Part shown: positions 45,680-54,659 of the stretch, one piece after another
Layout: every line of letters begins with the position of its first letter
Position numbering within the stretch: the stretch's first letter is position 1
From: a virus
Taxonomy: Duplodnaviria; Caudoviricetes
DNA: 64,000 nt
Reading direction: 5' to 3' (one strand)
IMG/VR virus record: IMGVR_UViG_3300011678_000001
Location: 96,001-160,000 of that record
Notes under the pieces: generated by a model
The model's input: only the letters and a program-made list of their open reading frames with translations
The model's database searches: none
Told to the model about the DNA's origin: nothing
Translations under genes and position numbers: made by a program

Positions 45680-46344
45680 GCTGGTGAATGATCCATGTGG
45701 CCGATGGTGCCGACGTTCACACGCTGTCCCGGTTGCAGGATCGTGGAGCGAGACGTGTAGAACGGTACACCGTCGAGAATGTTAGTGACAGACTGCACGC
45801 AATGAATCGGACGGGTGAAGCGCGGGAACTCGAACGCGCTCAGGTCGAACCGCTGCTGCATGGTAAGTGCACTGTAGTACACCGGAGCTGCCACGGTCGG
45901 CATGCCTTTGAGTGCCAGGTAAATCCCATCGTCTGCCGTCTCAGGCAGGTCAAGGGTCTCCAGGAAGTACGCTTCACGGCAACTCAGGTTATTCACGGCC
46001 CGATGACGGCGTAGAGCTGCATCGATGTCAGTTGCGGGCAGGAGGGAGATGAACATGAGGTCCTGAACCTCACTATAGCCGGCATTGTCAGCACGGGCTT
46101 GTTCGACGTCATTCATAGCGCGGAACAGGGAGTTCCAGCTGCCAGCCGGACGGATGCGGAACAACCGTGCATTGCGAGCCTTGAAGGTCTCGGCCACGGC
46201 TTTCGACGGACGCTTATTGTTATCACCCAGGATGAAGAACTCTTTGACAGCAGCCTGGCGCTTGACGATCGCTTCTGCTTGTTCGAAATTGTCGACAAAC
46301 AGAATGGCCACGCTTTGCAGCGTCAATGGATTGGTGGTGCTCAT
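45676..46344 (-). CDS. hypothetical protein ending in an EF-Tu-like peptide
   Basis: Start MSTTN after AAGGGG; C-terminal VNVGTIGHMDH. Confidence 0.7.
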   Translation of the reverse strand: MSTTNPLTLQSVAILFVDNFEQAEAIVKRQAAVKEFFILGDNNKRPSKAVAETFKARNARLFRIRPAGSWNSLFRAMNDVEQARADNAGYSEVQDLMFISLLPATDIDAALRRHRAVNNLSCREAYFLETLDLPETADDGIYLALKGMPTVAAPVYYSALTMQQRFDLSAFEFPRFTRPIHCVQSVTNILDGVPFYTSRSTILQPGQRVNVGTIGHMDHSPA

Positions 46345-46381
46345 GACTTCCCCTTGTACTACGGTGTGTTGGCTAAAGTGG

Positions 46382-46699
46382 TCAGACGGCTTGCGCCATC
46401 TCAATTTGGTCTGGGTCGATCCCACATGATTCGGCGAATCGTGCTAAGAGGTTGACCGCTTCAGTTTTGGTGAAGGCAGAGGGCGAGACTTCTCGGATAG
46501 AGAGCCGGGCCATGACCTGTTCCAGACGCTGAGCGATCTCCGCTTTAGGTGTCGGCACATACTTTAACTGTATGGACTTCAGGATGCGCCAAACGGGCTT
46601 GACCTGTTCCAGGGCAGCGTACGATTTGACCTTCTCTAGTTCTTGGGTGAACGTGTCCACCAGGCGGAAGGTTTCGTACCAATTGTTCTCGATCATCAT
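46382..46699 (-). CDS. hypothetical protein
   Basis: GAGGA RBS before MMIEN. Confidence 0.65.
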   Translation of the reverse strand: MMIENNWYETFRLVDTFTQELEKVKSYAALEQVKPVWRILKSIQLKYVPTPKAEIAQRLEQVMARLSIREVSPSAFTKTEAVNLLARFAESCGIDPDQIEMAQAV

Positions 46700-46703
46700 G
46701 TCC

Positions 46704-47231
46704 TCATGATCGGCTGGCCACACGCTGTGGTTCAGCCTGTAGCGGTGACGATTGCATCTCTTCATTGCGGTGAGGAGAACCCGGTGGATAGACCACGGGC
46801 GGCATAGCAATCACGTTAAGCTCACCTTGTTCTGTTACCGCCCCAAATGTACCTTGACCCGACATCACTGCTCGGATCGCGTGGTATGGAATGGACAGGA
46901 CTTGATCAGCATGGTTAAGACGAATGCCCAAGGTCAGGACTTCATCGCCGAACTCCAACCGGGTGACAAACCCCGGCGAGATACAGATGGTGAGTTCCCC
47001 ATACCCACCTCCGTTAAAGGACGCAAGGAGCACATCTTTCAACAACGCATTGTCGATGAGAATGCACGCCCCCACGCTCCGTTCGGTAAAGTAGTCAATG
47101 GCTGCCTTGACTAAGTGTTTTGCCCAAAGTACAGGCACTGTACGATTCACTGGCAATACTCCGATGTCTGACGTTTCCGGTTTATACCATAGGATCATAC
47201 CTGCCTGTCTTTTATTCCCCTTCGAAGGCAA
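46704..47231 (-). CDS. second, divergent SspB-like protein lacking the XB tail
   Basis: LTICISP..V..LEF.DE.L....RL......LSIPY.AI.AV matches the SspB core pattern. Confidence 0.55.
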   Translation of the reverse strand: MPSKGNKRQAGMILWYKPETSDIGVLPVNRTVPVLWAKHLVKAAIDYFTERSVGACILIDNALLKDVLLASFNGGGYGELTICISPGFVTRLEFGDEVLTLGIRLNHADQVLSIPYHAIRAVMSGQGTFGAVTEQGELNVIAMPPVVYPPGSPHRNEEMQSSPLQAEPQRVASRS

Positions 47232-47955
47232 TCAGGCCGGTTTCCTCATCGAGCGTAAGGTTTACCTTAGTGATTGAGTCCGGTTGGTCTCGCAGAAACA
47301 TCAGTGCTGCCAAGGCAACGTAATCAATCGAATGCTCCATGAAACGGTCGATGAGCCACGGCGCTTGATGCTGACGCAGGTGGTGGGTGGGGACGCCATT
47401 GATTTCAATAGTGACCGGGCGGTCGCACGTAGGTACCACATCCACCAACATGCCCATGTCGATCATTCCACCTTCGACATTGAAGAGCATCTTCATCAAC
47501 CCGACCTGAGCCGGTTTCATGAGGTCGCGCTGATGCACGAAGTTGCGGGTGTCAATGTCAGTGAACGTCACGCACTCGTCGACCATGTGTGGTTCACTGC
47601 CAAAGAACTCATGGACATGTCCCATCATCTTTGGACTGATCTTGAACGACAGTTCTTCAAAGTGACCCCAAGTGTCATCTTGGAAGCGCGCCGAATAACG
47701 GATCACGGTATCTTCGATTGTCGTGCCGTGATACGCACTTAATTCGCCCCGGTAGGTGACGCTGGCGTCGCCCTCGGACATGTGAGTCCCCGGCACTGCG
47801 ATACCCGTACGGGCAAAGAGCTCAACCGCATGGATCAGCGACAGGCTTTCGACCAGAGATGGACGCTCACCGGGTTCTTCTTGCAGCATCCGGTCCAGAT
47901 TGATGTCCAGACCTTTCATCATCAGCTCGAGTGCGACTAGGTTGTTAAGTGACAT
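47212..47955 (-). CDS. hypothetical protein
   Basis: Likely start MSLNN overlapping the upstream stop. Confidence 0.7.
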   Translation of the reverse strand: MSLNNLVALELMMKGLDINLDRMLQEEPGERPSLVESLSLIHAVELFARTGIAVPGTHMSEGDASVTYRGELSAYHGTTIEDTVIRYSARFQDDTWGHFEELSFKISPKMMGHVHEFFGSEPHMVDECVTFTDIDTRNFVHQRDLMKPAQVGLMKMLFNVEGGMIDMGMLVDVVPTCDRPVTIEINGVPTHHLRQHQAPWLIDRFMEHSIDYVALAALMFLRDQPDSITKVNLTLDEETGLIAFEGE

Positions 47956-48568
47956 CGATGTCATCCTTCTTGTACGTGACAATCGCGGTGGAAAGGGCAT
48001 TGAGAGAGGCAGTGTCCTTGAGGATGTCGGTATGTGAGATCCGTCCGTGGACAGTGCCGAGCTGTTTGGCCAGCTCATCGACGACGAAGTTGTTGTCTCC
48101 TTGCAGTTCCAGGGTCCAGACAAACTCTCCCGTAATAATGGCCGGGAAGGTGAATTTATCCAGCTTCAGGTTAAGGTCAATGTGCGGTTGATCGAAGATC
48201 TTGATGACCTTGCCGATCATGGTCTTGGCCAAGGACATCATCTGCTCGCCCTCTGGGGCAATGAAGTCATCGGGGGTGATCTGGAAGCTGACGTAGACCG
48301 TGGGTGCACCTTTGGCGTCAAAGATGAAGTAGTAGCGCTCACCGTCGACCACCGTGTAAGGGACGATGTGGATGGCCACCGGCCGGTAATGCGGCGGTTG
48401 TTCATCGTCCACGGTAAAGCAGTCGAGTTGCTCCCCGTTGGTGTCGATTTCCTCTGTCAACATGCGGTCGAGTTTGTACGACTCATCCGGGTTCTGGCTG
48501 AAACCAACCGAATCCAACAACCGAGCCATCTTGGCATCATCGAGCACAAATAACTTTTTCATGATCAC
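47945..48568 (-). CDS. hypothetical protein
   Basis: 207-aa ORF. Confidence 0.75.
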   Translation of the reverse strand: MIMKKLFVLDDAKMARLLDSVGFSQNPDESYKLDRMLTEEIDTNGEQLDCFTVDDEQPPHYRPVAIHIVPYTVVDGERYYFIFDAKGAPTVYVSFQITPDDFIAPEGEQMMSLAKTMIGKVIKIFDQPHIDLNLKLDKFTFPAIITGEFVWTLELQGDNNFVVDELAKQLGTVHGRISHTDILKDTASLNALSTAIVTYKKDDIDVT

Positions 48569-48576
48569 CCCTTACG

Positions 48577-49224
48577 TTATTTAGATTTCTTCGTCGCGTC
48601 ACGTTCGATGCGGTCGACTTTAGCTTCCATGATTTCCACCAGGTCAGCCACATCCTTCATTTTGGAATACCCTCGGACGAAGTAGTTGGTGCCAGGGTAA
48701 CGCTCCATGCCTTCGGTGTCATCGCTGCACTGCATCTCGATCACACGCGGTTGTCCGGAGAAGCCAAATTGCGGGAACAGCACCACCTTGCCCAAGAAGT
48801 AGCCTTTGTCGTGCTCTTTCATCCAGGCATTGGCGGCATCATGTTGAATTTTAAGTTCGTCTTCTTCATTCCAGCGATCATCAGCCTTGAGCCAGTTTTG
48901 CTGGGTGTTGAGTTTGACCGGGTAGATGGTCCGACACTTATGGCCTGTCATGATCATGCCGTGACAGCCGTCGTTAATGAACTGCTCAATGATCACCGCG
49001 CACTGTTCCACATGGTCAATGCAATAGTTCAGGTACTTGAGCGGGTTATCCGCCTGGATCAGGTCCATGAGCAGGTTACGCTGCACCGGTAGCGTGGCAT
49101 CTTTAAGCAGACGCACTGCCATGGAGCGGACTTTCTTGGGGTTCTTCAAGTTGGCGTCCTTGAAGATCTTGATGATGCCGGACTCTTGGGCCATGGAGTC
49201 AAGGTAAGGGGTTTGTTCGGACAT
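48577..49224 (-). CDS. hypothetical protein
   Basis: AGGAG RBS; 215 aa. Confidence 0.75.
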   Translation of the reverse strand: MSEQTPYLDSMAQESGIIKIFKDANLKNPKKVRSMAVRLLKDATLPVQRNLLMDLIQADNPLKYLNYCIDHVEQCAVIIEQFINDGCHGMIMTGHKCRTIYPVKLNTQQNWLKADDRWNEEDELKIQHDAANAWMKEHDKGYFLGKVVLFPQFGFSGQPRVIEMQCSDDTEGMERYPGTNYFVRGYSKMKDVADLVEIMEAKVDRIERDATKKSK

Positions 49225-49291
49225 GTTCGTGCTCCTGTTGTCTATGCGTGAAACGAGGAGGGGCCTGACCCCTCCGGTTATGTTGAATGTG

Positions 49292-50077
49292 TTACTTATC
49301 CGTCACCAATTCGATTCCGGAAATCGCAGCCATGACCATCTGGTCTTCGCTGGGATTAACTGTTTTGCTCGATGGACTGGCCAAGATATCGTGAACCTCT
49401 TCCGGTTCCAGTTCCATCGATGCCGAACGAATCAATGCACGGGCAACACTCTTGCGCAGTGCCTCATTCTTGATGGCGTGTTCATCCACCAGAGGACTCA
49501 CGAACTTGTTGACGTAGTAGTCACCGGCTTCATGGGGCTGGTGTTTGGCGTACCCGTTGACAGCGGTTTCCAATTCGTCGATGTGCATGATCACCGGGAT
49601 GTTGAAATCACGGGTGACAATACGACTACCGCCTGAGTGAGCACCTGGCAGGTTACGGTCGCTGAACACGGCCCACTGCGTGGTGATGTTCTCCACCATG
49701 AAGTAGTTGGCCGCCATGACCGTCAGCAGGTCGTACAGCTCATCAGGGTTGATGTCTGTCTCAATCGCCGGGTTATGGTAGTCATCATGGAAGATGCGGG
49801 TGTGAGGCTGGTACCCGAGCAGTACAACCTTATCGCGCAGGGCTGACAAGACTGTGTTGATGCTCTGGTCTTCCCCGTCATAAAGGCCATACGCTTCGCC
49901 GATAAGCTCGATGGCTTCTTTAGCTGTCAGGGCGCTGCCTTCATCTTGCACCAGATCAAAGATGTCCGGATGCTCGGTGACTTCGAGGTCTAAGACAATC
50001 GACAGTTCTTGCAACGAAGGGTAATCGGTGACGTTAGAGAACTGGATACGATGATAGGACACAGAACAGACGTGCAT
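49292..50077 (-). CDS. hypothetical protein
   Basis: AAGGAG RBS; 261 aa. Confidence 0.75.
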   Translation of the reverse strand: MHVCSVSYHRIQFSNVTDYPSLQELSIVLDLEVTEHPDIFDLVQDEGSALTAKEAIELIGEAYGLYDGEDQSINTVLSALRDKVVLLGYQPHTRIFHDDYHNPAIETDINPDELYDLLTVMAANYFMVENITTQWAVFSDRNLPGAHSGGSRIVTRDFNIPVIMHIDELETAVNGYAKHQPHEAGDYYVNKFVSPLVDEHAIKNEALRKSVARALIRSASMELEPEEVHDILASPSSKTVNPSEDQMVMAAISGIELVTDK

Positions 50078-50088
50078 GTGTAACTCCT

Positions 50089-50697
50089 TTAGAATAGACG
50101 GTGTTGTTCAACTAACTCATCAGCCACGCGATCGGCTCTATCGCATGAATAACGATCCACGTAAGACAAGGTACCCCACCCGCTGACACTGTAACCGATT
50201 AACTGGGCAAACTGACGCCATTCCTCGTCACTGAATTTACCCATACCCGCCATCAGGTTCATGTCCATTCCGCGTGGCTCTGCAAACCGGTACAGGTCTC
50301 TGACCATGCGATTCTCAAGGAACCGTATCACGCCGTGTGGATCGAGCCCGATCGGCTGCATCGGTTCTTCGTCGCCAATGTAGATTAATTGACCGGGGCT
50401 TAATTGATCAGCAATCAGCCTGGCTTTGATGCGAGAACATGGGTTCACGAAGGGCTGCTCCATCCACGTATGAAGATGCCACCCGAGCAATTGAGAGAAT
50501 TGCCGCCATTCTTCATCCGAATACTGGCCGGAGCTTTTCATCTCATCCATACCAAACCGCTGGTCAAGACCAAATAGGTACAGACTGAGAACCATTCTAT
50601 TCTCAAGGAATCGGACATCGCCGTTCGAATCGATACCGATGGGTTGCATCGGTTCTTCATCGTTGATGTAGATGAGCTGTGGATGATCGATCATCAA
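50089..50697 (-). CDS. hypothetical protein made of two tandem copies of one domain
   Basis: QLIYI.DEEPMQPIG.D..G..RFLENRMV..LY.F and SDEEWRQF.QL.G each occur twice. Confidence 0.8.
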   Translation of the reverse strand: MMIDHPQLIYINDEEPMQPIGIDSNGDVRFLENRMVLSLYLFGLDQRFGMDEMKSSGQYSDEEWRQFSQLLGWHLHTWMEQPFVNPCSRIKARLIADQLSPGQLIYIGDEEPMQPIGLDPHGVIRFLENRMVRDLYRFAEPRGMDMNLMAGMGKFSDEEWRQFAQLIGYSVSGWGTLSYVDRYSCDRADRVADELVEQHRLF

Positions 50698-50705
50698 ACA
50701 CCTCG

Positions 50706-51125
50706 TTACTGGAAGATGTAACCCAAGAGGAACAGTTGCAGGGAGGGGTTAGGGAGTTTGGTCAACGCCGTTGGCAGGTAACTGGATTTCTGGAGCAAGG
50801 TGGCGCCTTGCGTATCATCAGGTACCTGTTGCAGCGCCAGGTGTTTGACCGTTTCCAAGTCATTCTGAATGCGCTGCAAGGCCCGGAGTAACTGGTCGTG
50901 TGAGTTGTTACCCAAGACCAGTGACCCTTTGATAGCTTTCTTGATGGCAATGATCTCATCGAGCGTTGCCTTGCCTATGTTGGGGATTCGCTTGGCCTCA
51001 TCCAGCGGCAGGTCCATGAAGCTTTGAAGGGTGAATATACCATCACCGCGCAAGGCCCCGGTCAATCGAACGGAAGGCTCGATTCCTGACACTTTGAAAA
51101 TCTCGGCACGTAGGGAGGTGTGCAT
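50706..51125 (-). CDS. RNA polymerase alpha-subunit C-terminal-domain-like protein
   Basis: SVRL..AL...GI.TL..........KRIPNIGKATLDEI matches the alpha-CTD pattern (VRSANCL...I..I..L.......LK.PNLGKKSL.EI). Confidence 0.7.
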   Translation of the reverse strand: MHTSLRAEIFKVSGIEPSVRLTGALRGDGIFTLQSFMDLPLDEAKRIPNIGKATLDEIIAIKKAIKGSLVLGNNSHDQLLRALQRIQNDLETVKHLALQQVPDDTQGATLLQKSSYLPTALTKLPNPSLQLFLLGYIFQ

Positions 51126-51193
51126 GGTGTAAATCCATTACAGGTTAATGACGAAGGGCATAGCGCGGTGGGACACCCCACCGCGACTACAGG

Positions 51194-51877
51194 TTACAGC
51201 GAAGGACGACTCCAGACAGTACCGAGTACGGTCATCAGGTGGGGGATCAATTGTGCAGTCACCTGCTCGAAGGACAGTTCCGCATTGATAACGGCGTAAC
51301 GATCCGGTGCTGCTGCCGCAAACGCCAAGAACAGTTCACGACTGTCTTGTTGGAACTTAAGGCTGGTGTTGTCCAGACGGTTCATATCGCCACGGGCTTC
51401 GAGGCGTTTACGGAACACTTCAGGAGCACCGTCAAGCACGATGGTCAGGTCAGGCCGGATATCGTCCAGAGCCTGCTTGTGAAGCGATTGGAGCAACGTT
51501 ACGTCCAACCCCCGGCCAGCGCCTTGGTAACAGAAGGTACTGTCACAGAAGCGATCTGTGACGACCACACGACCTTCATTCAACCTCGGCAGGACCAGTT
51601 CAGTTAGGTGTTGATGACGCGATGCCATGAACAACAGGGTCTCGGCCATGGGCGTCAGCTGGTCATAGGACGGGCGCTCGGTCAGGATGATCTCACGGAT
51701 GAGTTCTGCCATCGGCGTACCGCCTGGCTCACGGGTCATCACCGGGGTGATGCGATGGACTGAGAACCAGTCGTATATCCATTGCCGGGTGCTGGTCTTG
51801 CCGGCCCCGTCGATGCCTTCCAGTGCTAGGAAGAAACCTTTGTAAGGACGTGAAGGCGATGTGACTTGTTCATTCAT
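51194..51877 (-). CDS. tmk: thymidylate (dTMP) kinase
   Basis: LEGIDGAGKTS P-loop, TREPGGT, DRF.DST..YQG.GRG, PDLT. Confidence 0.95.
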   Translation of the reverse strand: MNEQVTSPSRPYKGFFLALEGIDGAGKTSTRQWIYDWFSVHRITPVMTREPGGTPMAELIREIILTERPSYDQLTPMAETLLFMASRHQHLTELVLPRLNEGRVVVTDRFCDSTFCYQGAGRGLDVTLLQSLHKQALDDIRPDLTIVLDGAPEVFRKRLEARGDMNRLDNTSLKFQQDSRELFLAFAAAAPDRYAVINAELSFEQVTAQLIPHLMTVLGTVWSRPSL

Positions 51878-52526
51878 TCGGTATGGTCTCGATGGTTGGC
51901 ATATCGGGGATTGAGATCCCTCTCTTGGTGAGTTGGCCCTTGAGCCACTCGACAAACTTGGTGCGTTCTTCCTCGACGTAGAGGTTAATGCGAGGAATTC
52001 CATTCATTATGGAAATTTGAATACTTGTGTTAGTGCCGCCCTTCCAGCGCGTGCCTTTCTTGTTAGCCGGCTCGGCGTAGAACAGGGTGATCCAGCGAGG
52101 GTCTTCCAGCGTCTCTGAGAGGACTTGGAACGCATTGCGGGTGTGTAGTCCTACGCCGCTCGGAAACAGCCCCTCGAAGCTCCCACGGGCTTTAAACGCT
52201 ATGGCCTTGGCAGCTTCGTAGGTGTCGTACCGTTCAGCTTCGTGTTCACCGTGCATGGGGTCATGCCTTAAGCCTACCCGTTGCTTTTTCAAGCGCGTGT
52301 AGTAGACCTGAGCCGGTGGCATGTTGTCTTTCTTCCCTTGGTTGTAGCCCAAGTAGAAGTACGTATCGGACCCTGGGGCATCACCGGTGGACAATACCCC
52401 ACCAAGCAAGGCCATGCAGTGCCCGATCCAGACCAATAGAGGAACATGTTCAGCCGGGACCTCGCGAGTGCCCACACCGCACCAGACAAACGACCACTCC
52501 CAGCCCATGTTCTTCCAGAGTTCCAT
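51870..52526 (-). CDS. DprA/Smf-like SLOG-family protein
   Basis: GVGTRE.P, STG.A.GSD..F, LH.RN.FQVL and GGT motifs. Confidence 0.75.
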   Translation of the reverse strand: MELWKNMGWEWSFVWCGVGTREVPAEHVPLLVWIGHCMALLGGVLSTGDAPGSDTYFYLGYNQGKKDNMPPAQVYYTRLKKQRVGLRHDPMHGEHEAERYDTYEAAKAIAFKARGSFEGLFPSGVGLHTRNAFQVLSETLEDPRWITLFYAEPANKKGTRWKGGTNTSIQISIMNGIPRINLYVEEERTKFVEWLKGQLTKRGISIPDMPTIETIPNE

Positions 52527-52528
52527 AC

Positions 52529-53077
52529 TCAGCCCTTCAATTGTTCACGCAAGACACAGGTGTCAGGGACCTTGAGTTCTGGCGTGGTGATGATCCCAGC
52601 GTACTTCTTGACCACGTCGTAGTGGGTGATCTCAAAGGGAATGCCAAAGTAGCCATTGGTGAGGATCGCTTGGAGCGTATCTTCGCCTTGGACGTCTTCG
52701 AGCAGTTCAGTGTCCACCACTGCCTGCAAGGTGACCGGTGGAATCAATTGCCCACGGTACTGCTGGGTGTTCTCAGCCTGACGCAAGGCCATCTTCAGAT
52801 GACCTGGCAGGACAGGGAAATCCCGGTTACCGCCATCGGCTTGTTCCATGATGGAGAAGGTGGCCATCAGACCCCAGTTATTCATCCACCAGATGAACAC
52901 GTGAGTCTCTTCATGACCTTCGACTTCGACAAAGCCTCGACCGGTGATGTCCAGTTTCCAGCGGCGGTCGTCTCGCAGGGTGTGGAAGATCTCATCGGCA
53001 TGCAACTTGCCGTCGAGAAAGGCCAGGTCAAGTTCAGCACGGGATTCAAATTCAATGACGCGGTTGGTGATCGACAC
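52529..53077 (-). CDS. hypothetical protein
   Basis: AAGGA RBS; GTG start. Confidence 0.7.
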   Translation of the reverse strand: MSITNRVIEFESRAELDLAFLDGKLHADEIFHTLRDDRRWKLDITGRGFVEVEGHEETHVFIWWMNNWGLMATFSIMEQADGGNRDFPVLPGHLKMALRQAENTQQYRGQLIPPVTLQAVVDTELLEDVQGEDTLQAILTNGYFGIPFEITHYDVVKKYAGIITTPELKVPDTCVLREQLKG

Positions 53078-53129
53078 GGCTATATTCCTTAAAAGGTAAG
53101 GGCACAGTATTGAGCAGGAGGGTTTGTTT

Positions 53130-53537
53130 TTACGGGAACAGCTTGGACAACCAAGGGATTACCATCCCGATTGAACCTGCCACCCCCACCACGGTCCAGA
53201 AGATCCATGGGAAGCGCTTACGGCGGCGCTGACGGGCTTGTTCCTCTGCTAGGCGGCGTTGGTTCCAGGCCGCTTCCCACTGCGCCGCTTGACGGGTGAT
53301 GAGCTCGTCATAGACGTCTTTATGCACCGCGCCTTCTGGCGCATGGGTCATGATGTCGTCATACGTGGGGAAGGTCTCCTGTTGCCAGTTGATGGTCTGA
53401 CGCCTGGCACCGTTTTCAAAGAACGCCCCGCCATACGACCGGACACTCCGATTACCCGTCTCCATGTTGGTGATAAAACAGGACCCGGCTAACCAACCAA
53501 ACTCGGTGAGGGTGAAACACTGATTGATCTGGTACAT
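53130..53537 (-). CDS. C-terminally anchored membrane protein
   Basis: Basic RRRKR followed by a terminal TM helix. Confidence 0.7.
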   Translation of the reverse strand: MYQINQCFTLTEFGWLAGSCFITNMETGNRSVRSYGGAFFENGARRQTINWQQETFPTYDDIMTHAPEGAVHKDVYDELITRQAAQWEAAWNQRRLAEEQARQRRRKRFPWIFWTVVGVAGSIGMVIPWLSKLFP

Positions 53538-53556
53538 GGTACAATACTCGAACTGG

Positions 53557-53583
53557 CGGCATACAGGGAGGCCGAAGCCTCCC
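53557..53583 (-). terminator. terminator (UUCG loop, TATGCCG tail)
   Basis: GGGAGGC-TTCG-GCCTCCC plus tail. Confidence 0.75.
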
Positions 53584-53592
53584 GCATGACAC

Positions 53593-53880
53593 TTACTTGT
53601 AGAACTTCAAGAACTTGGCCAACGGCATGGTGCTTGCATGTTTGTCCTCAGGCTTGTCCTTATAGGTCACCGTGTCCTTCTTCACTTGTGTCACGTAGAT
53701 CGACACCTTACGGCCATTACGGACGGTGGAGTAGAACTTGTTGACCTCGCCGGTGAACACCAAGGGTTCAGGCTGGGGCTGGGGTGCCGGCTTGATACCA
53801 TTGAGGTCCATCAATTTCCCGAGGCTGCTCAGCTCTTTGGTGCTGGGACGAGTCGGACGGGACAGCGTGTGTGTGCTCAT
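53593..53880 (-). CDS. hypothetical protein
   Basis: AGGA RBS before MSTHT. Confidence 0.65.
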   Translation of the reverse strand: MSTHTLSRPTRPSTKELSSLGKLMDLNGIKPAPQPQPEPLVFTGEVNKFYSTVRNGRKVSIYVTQVKKDTVTYKDKPEDKHASTMPLAKFLKFYK

Positions 53881-54610
53881 TCGTGTTTCCTGTTTCAGGG
53901 AGGGAATGGGAAGGGATTGAATGTGTGGGCAGATCGGATAAGTGACGCTTAAACGGGTTGGTGCCAAAGTCCGGATTTGGGATGAGTGTGACTTTGTTCA
54001 CCAGGACGCTGATCTCAGTCATGTTGAGTGAGATGTCGGCCTGTAAGGCCAGTCGAATACGCTCGATGTCTTCGTCATCGATCAGGGTATGTCGATTGTC
54101 TGAAAGTACTGACAACCGTAACACCCCTAATGGGTCTCCTGTCAGGTCAATGATCTCAGCCAGAATGGTGAACGGGGCATCCGGTCCGGACATCACGGTC
54201 AACATGTGGCTTTGGTGGGTGAACACCGTAAACGAGTTAGACTCGTAACGATGGATGAGTTTGGCTTCCCAGAACGACTCTGGGTTGAGCTTAAACCGGT
54301 ACTCGTTCAACAGACGGGCAGCGGGCCTGCGTTTGGAACCGAAGTGAAGGCTCACCTCGTTACCGACATGCAAGAGTCGCTTTTCCGTCAAATACTGAAT
54401 GAAGCCGGGCAAGGCTTCTTCGGTATAAATCTCACGAGTCGCGCGATTAATGCCCTCACAATACGTAGCCATCTCGGCACTGAGATCAATGTCTGCAATG
54501 GCCACGACTGTGATGTGTTTCTTCTTTTCAGGGATGGATTCGTCGTATGTAAAGGTGAGTATTTCTCCTGCCCGGACCTTTATCCTCCCCAGCGTGTGAT
54601 GATCAAGCAT
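53768..54610 (-). CDS. hypothetical protein
   Basis: 280-aa ORF downstream of a TACATTAT motif at about 54643-54650. Confidence 0.7.
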   Translation of the reverse strand: MLDHHTLGRIKVRAGEILTFTYDESIPEKKKHITVVAIADIDLSAEMATYCEGINRATREIYTEEALPGFIQYLTEKRLLHVGNEVSLHFGSKRRPAARLLNEYRFKLNPESFWEAKLIHRYESNSFTVFTHQSHMLTVMSGPDAPFTILAEIIDLTGDPLGVLRLSVLSDNRHTLIDDEDIERIRLALQADISLNMTEISVLVNKVTLIPNPDFGTNPFKRHLSDLPTHSIPSHSLPETGNTNEHTHAVPSDSSQHQRAEQPREIDGPQWYQAGTPAPA

Positions 54611-54659
54611 CGCTTGGGACCTCAGGTTGTTGGTGCAGTTAGATAATGTAGCGTTTCAT

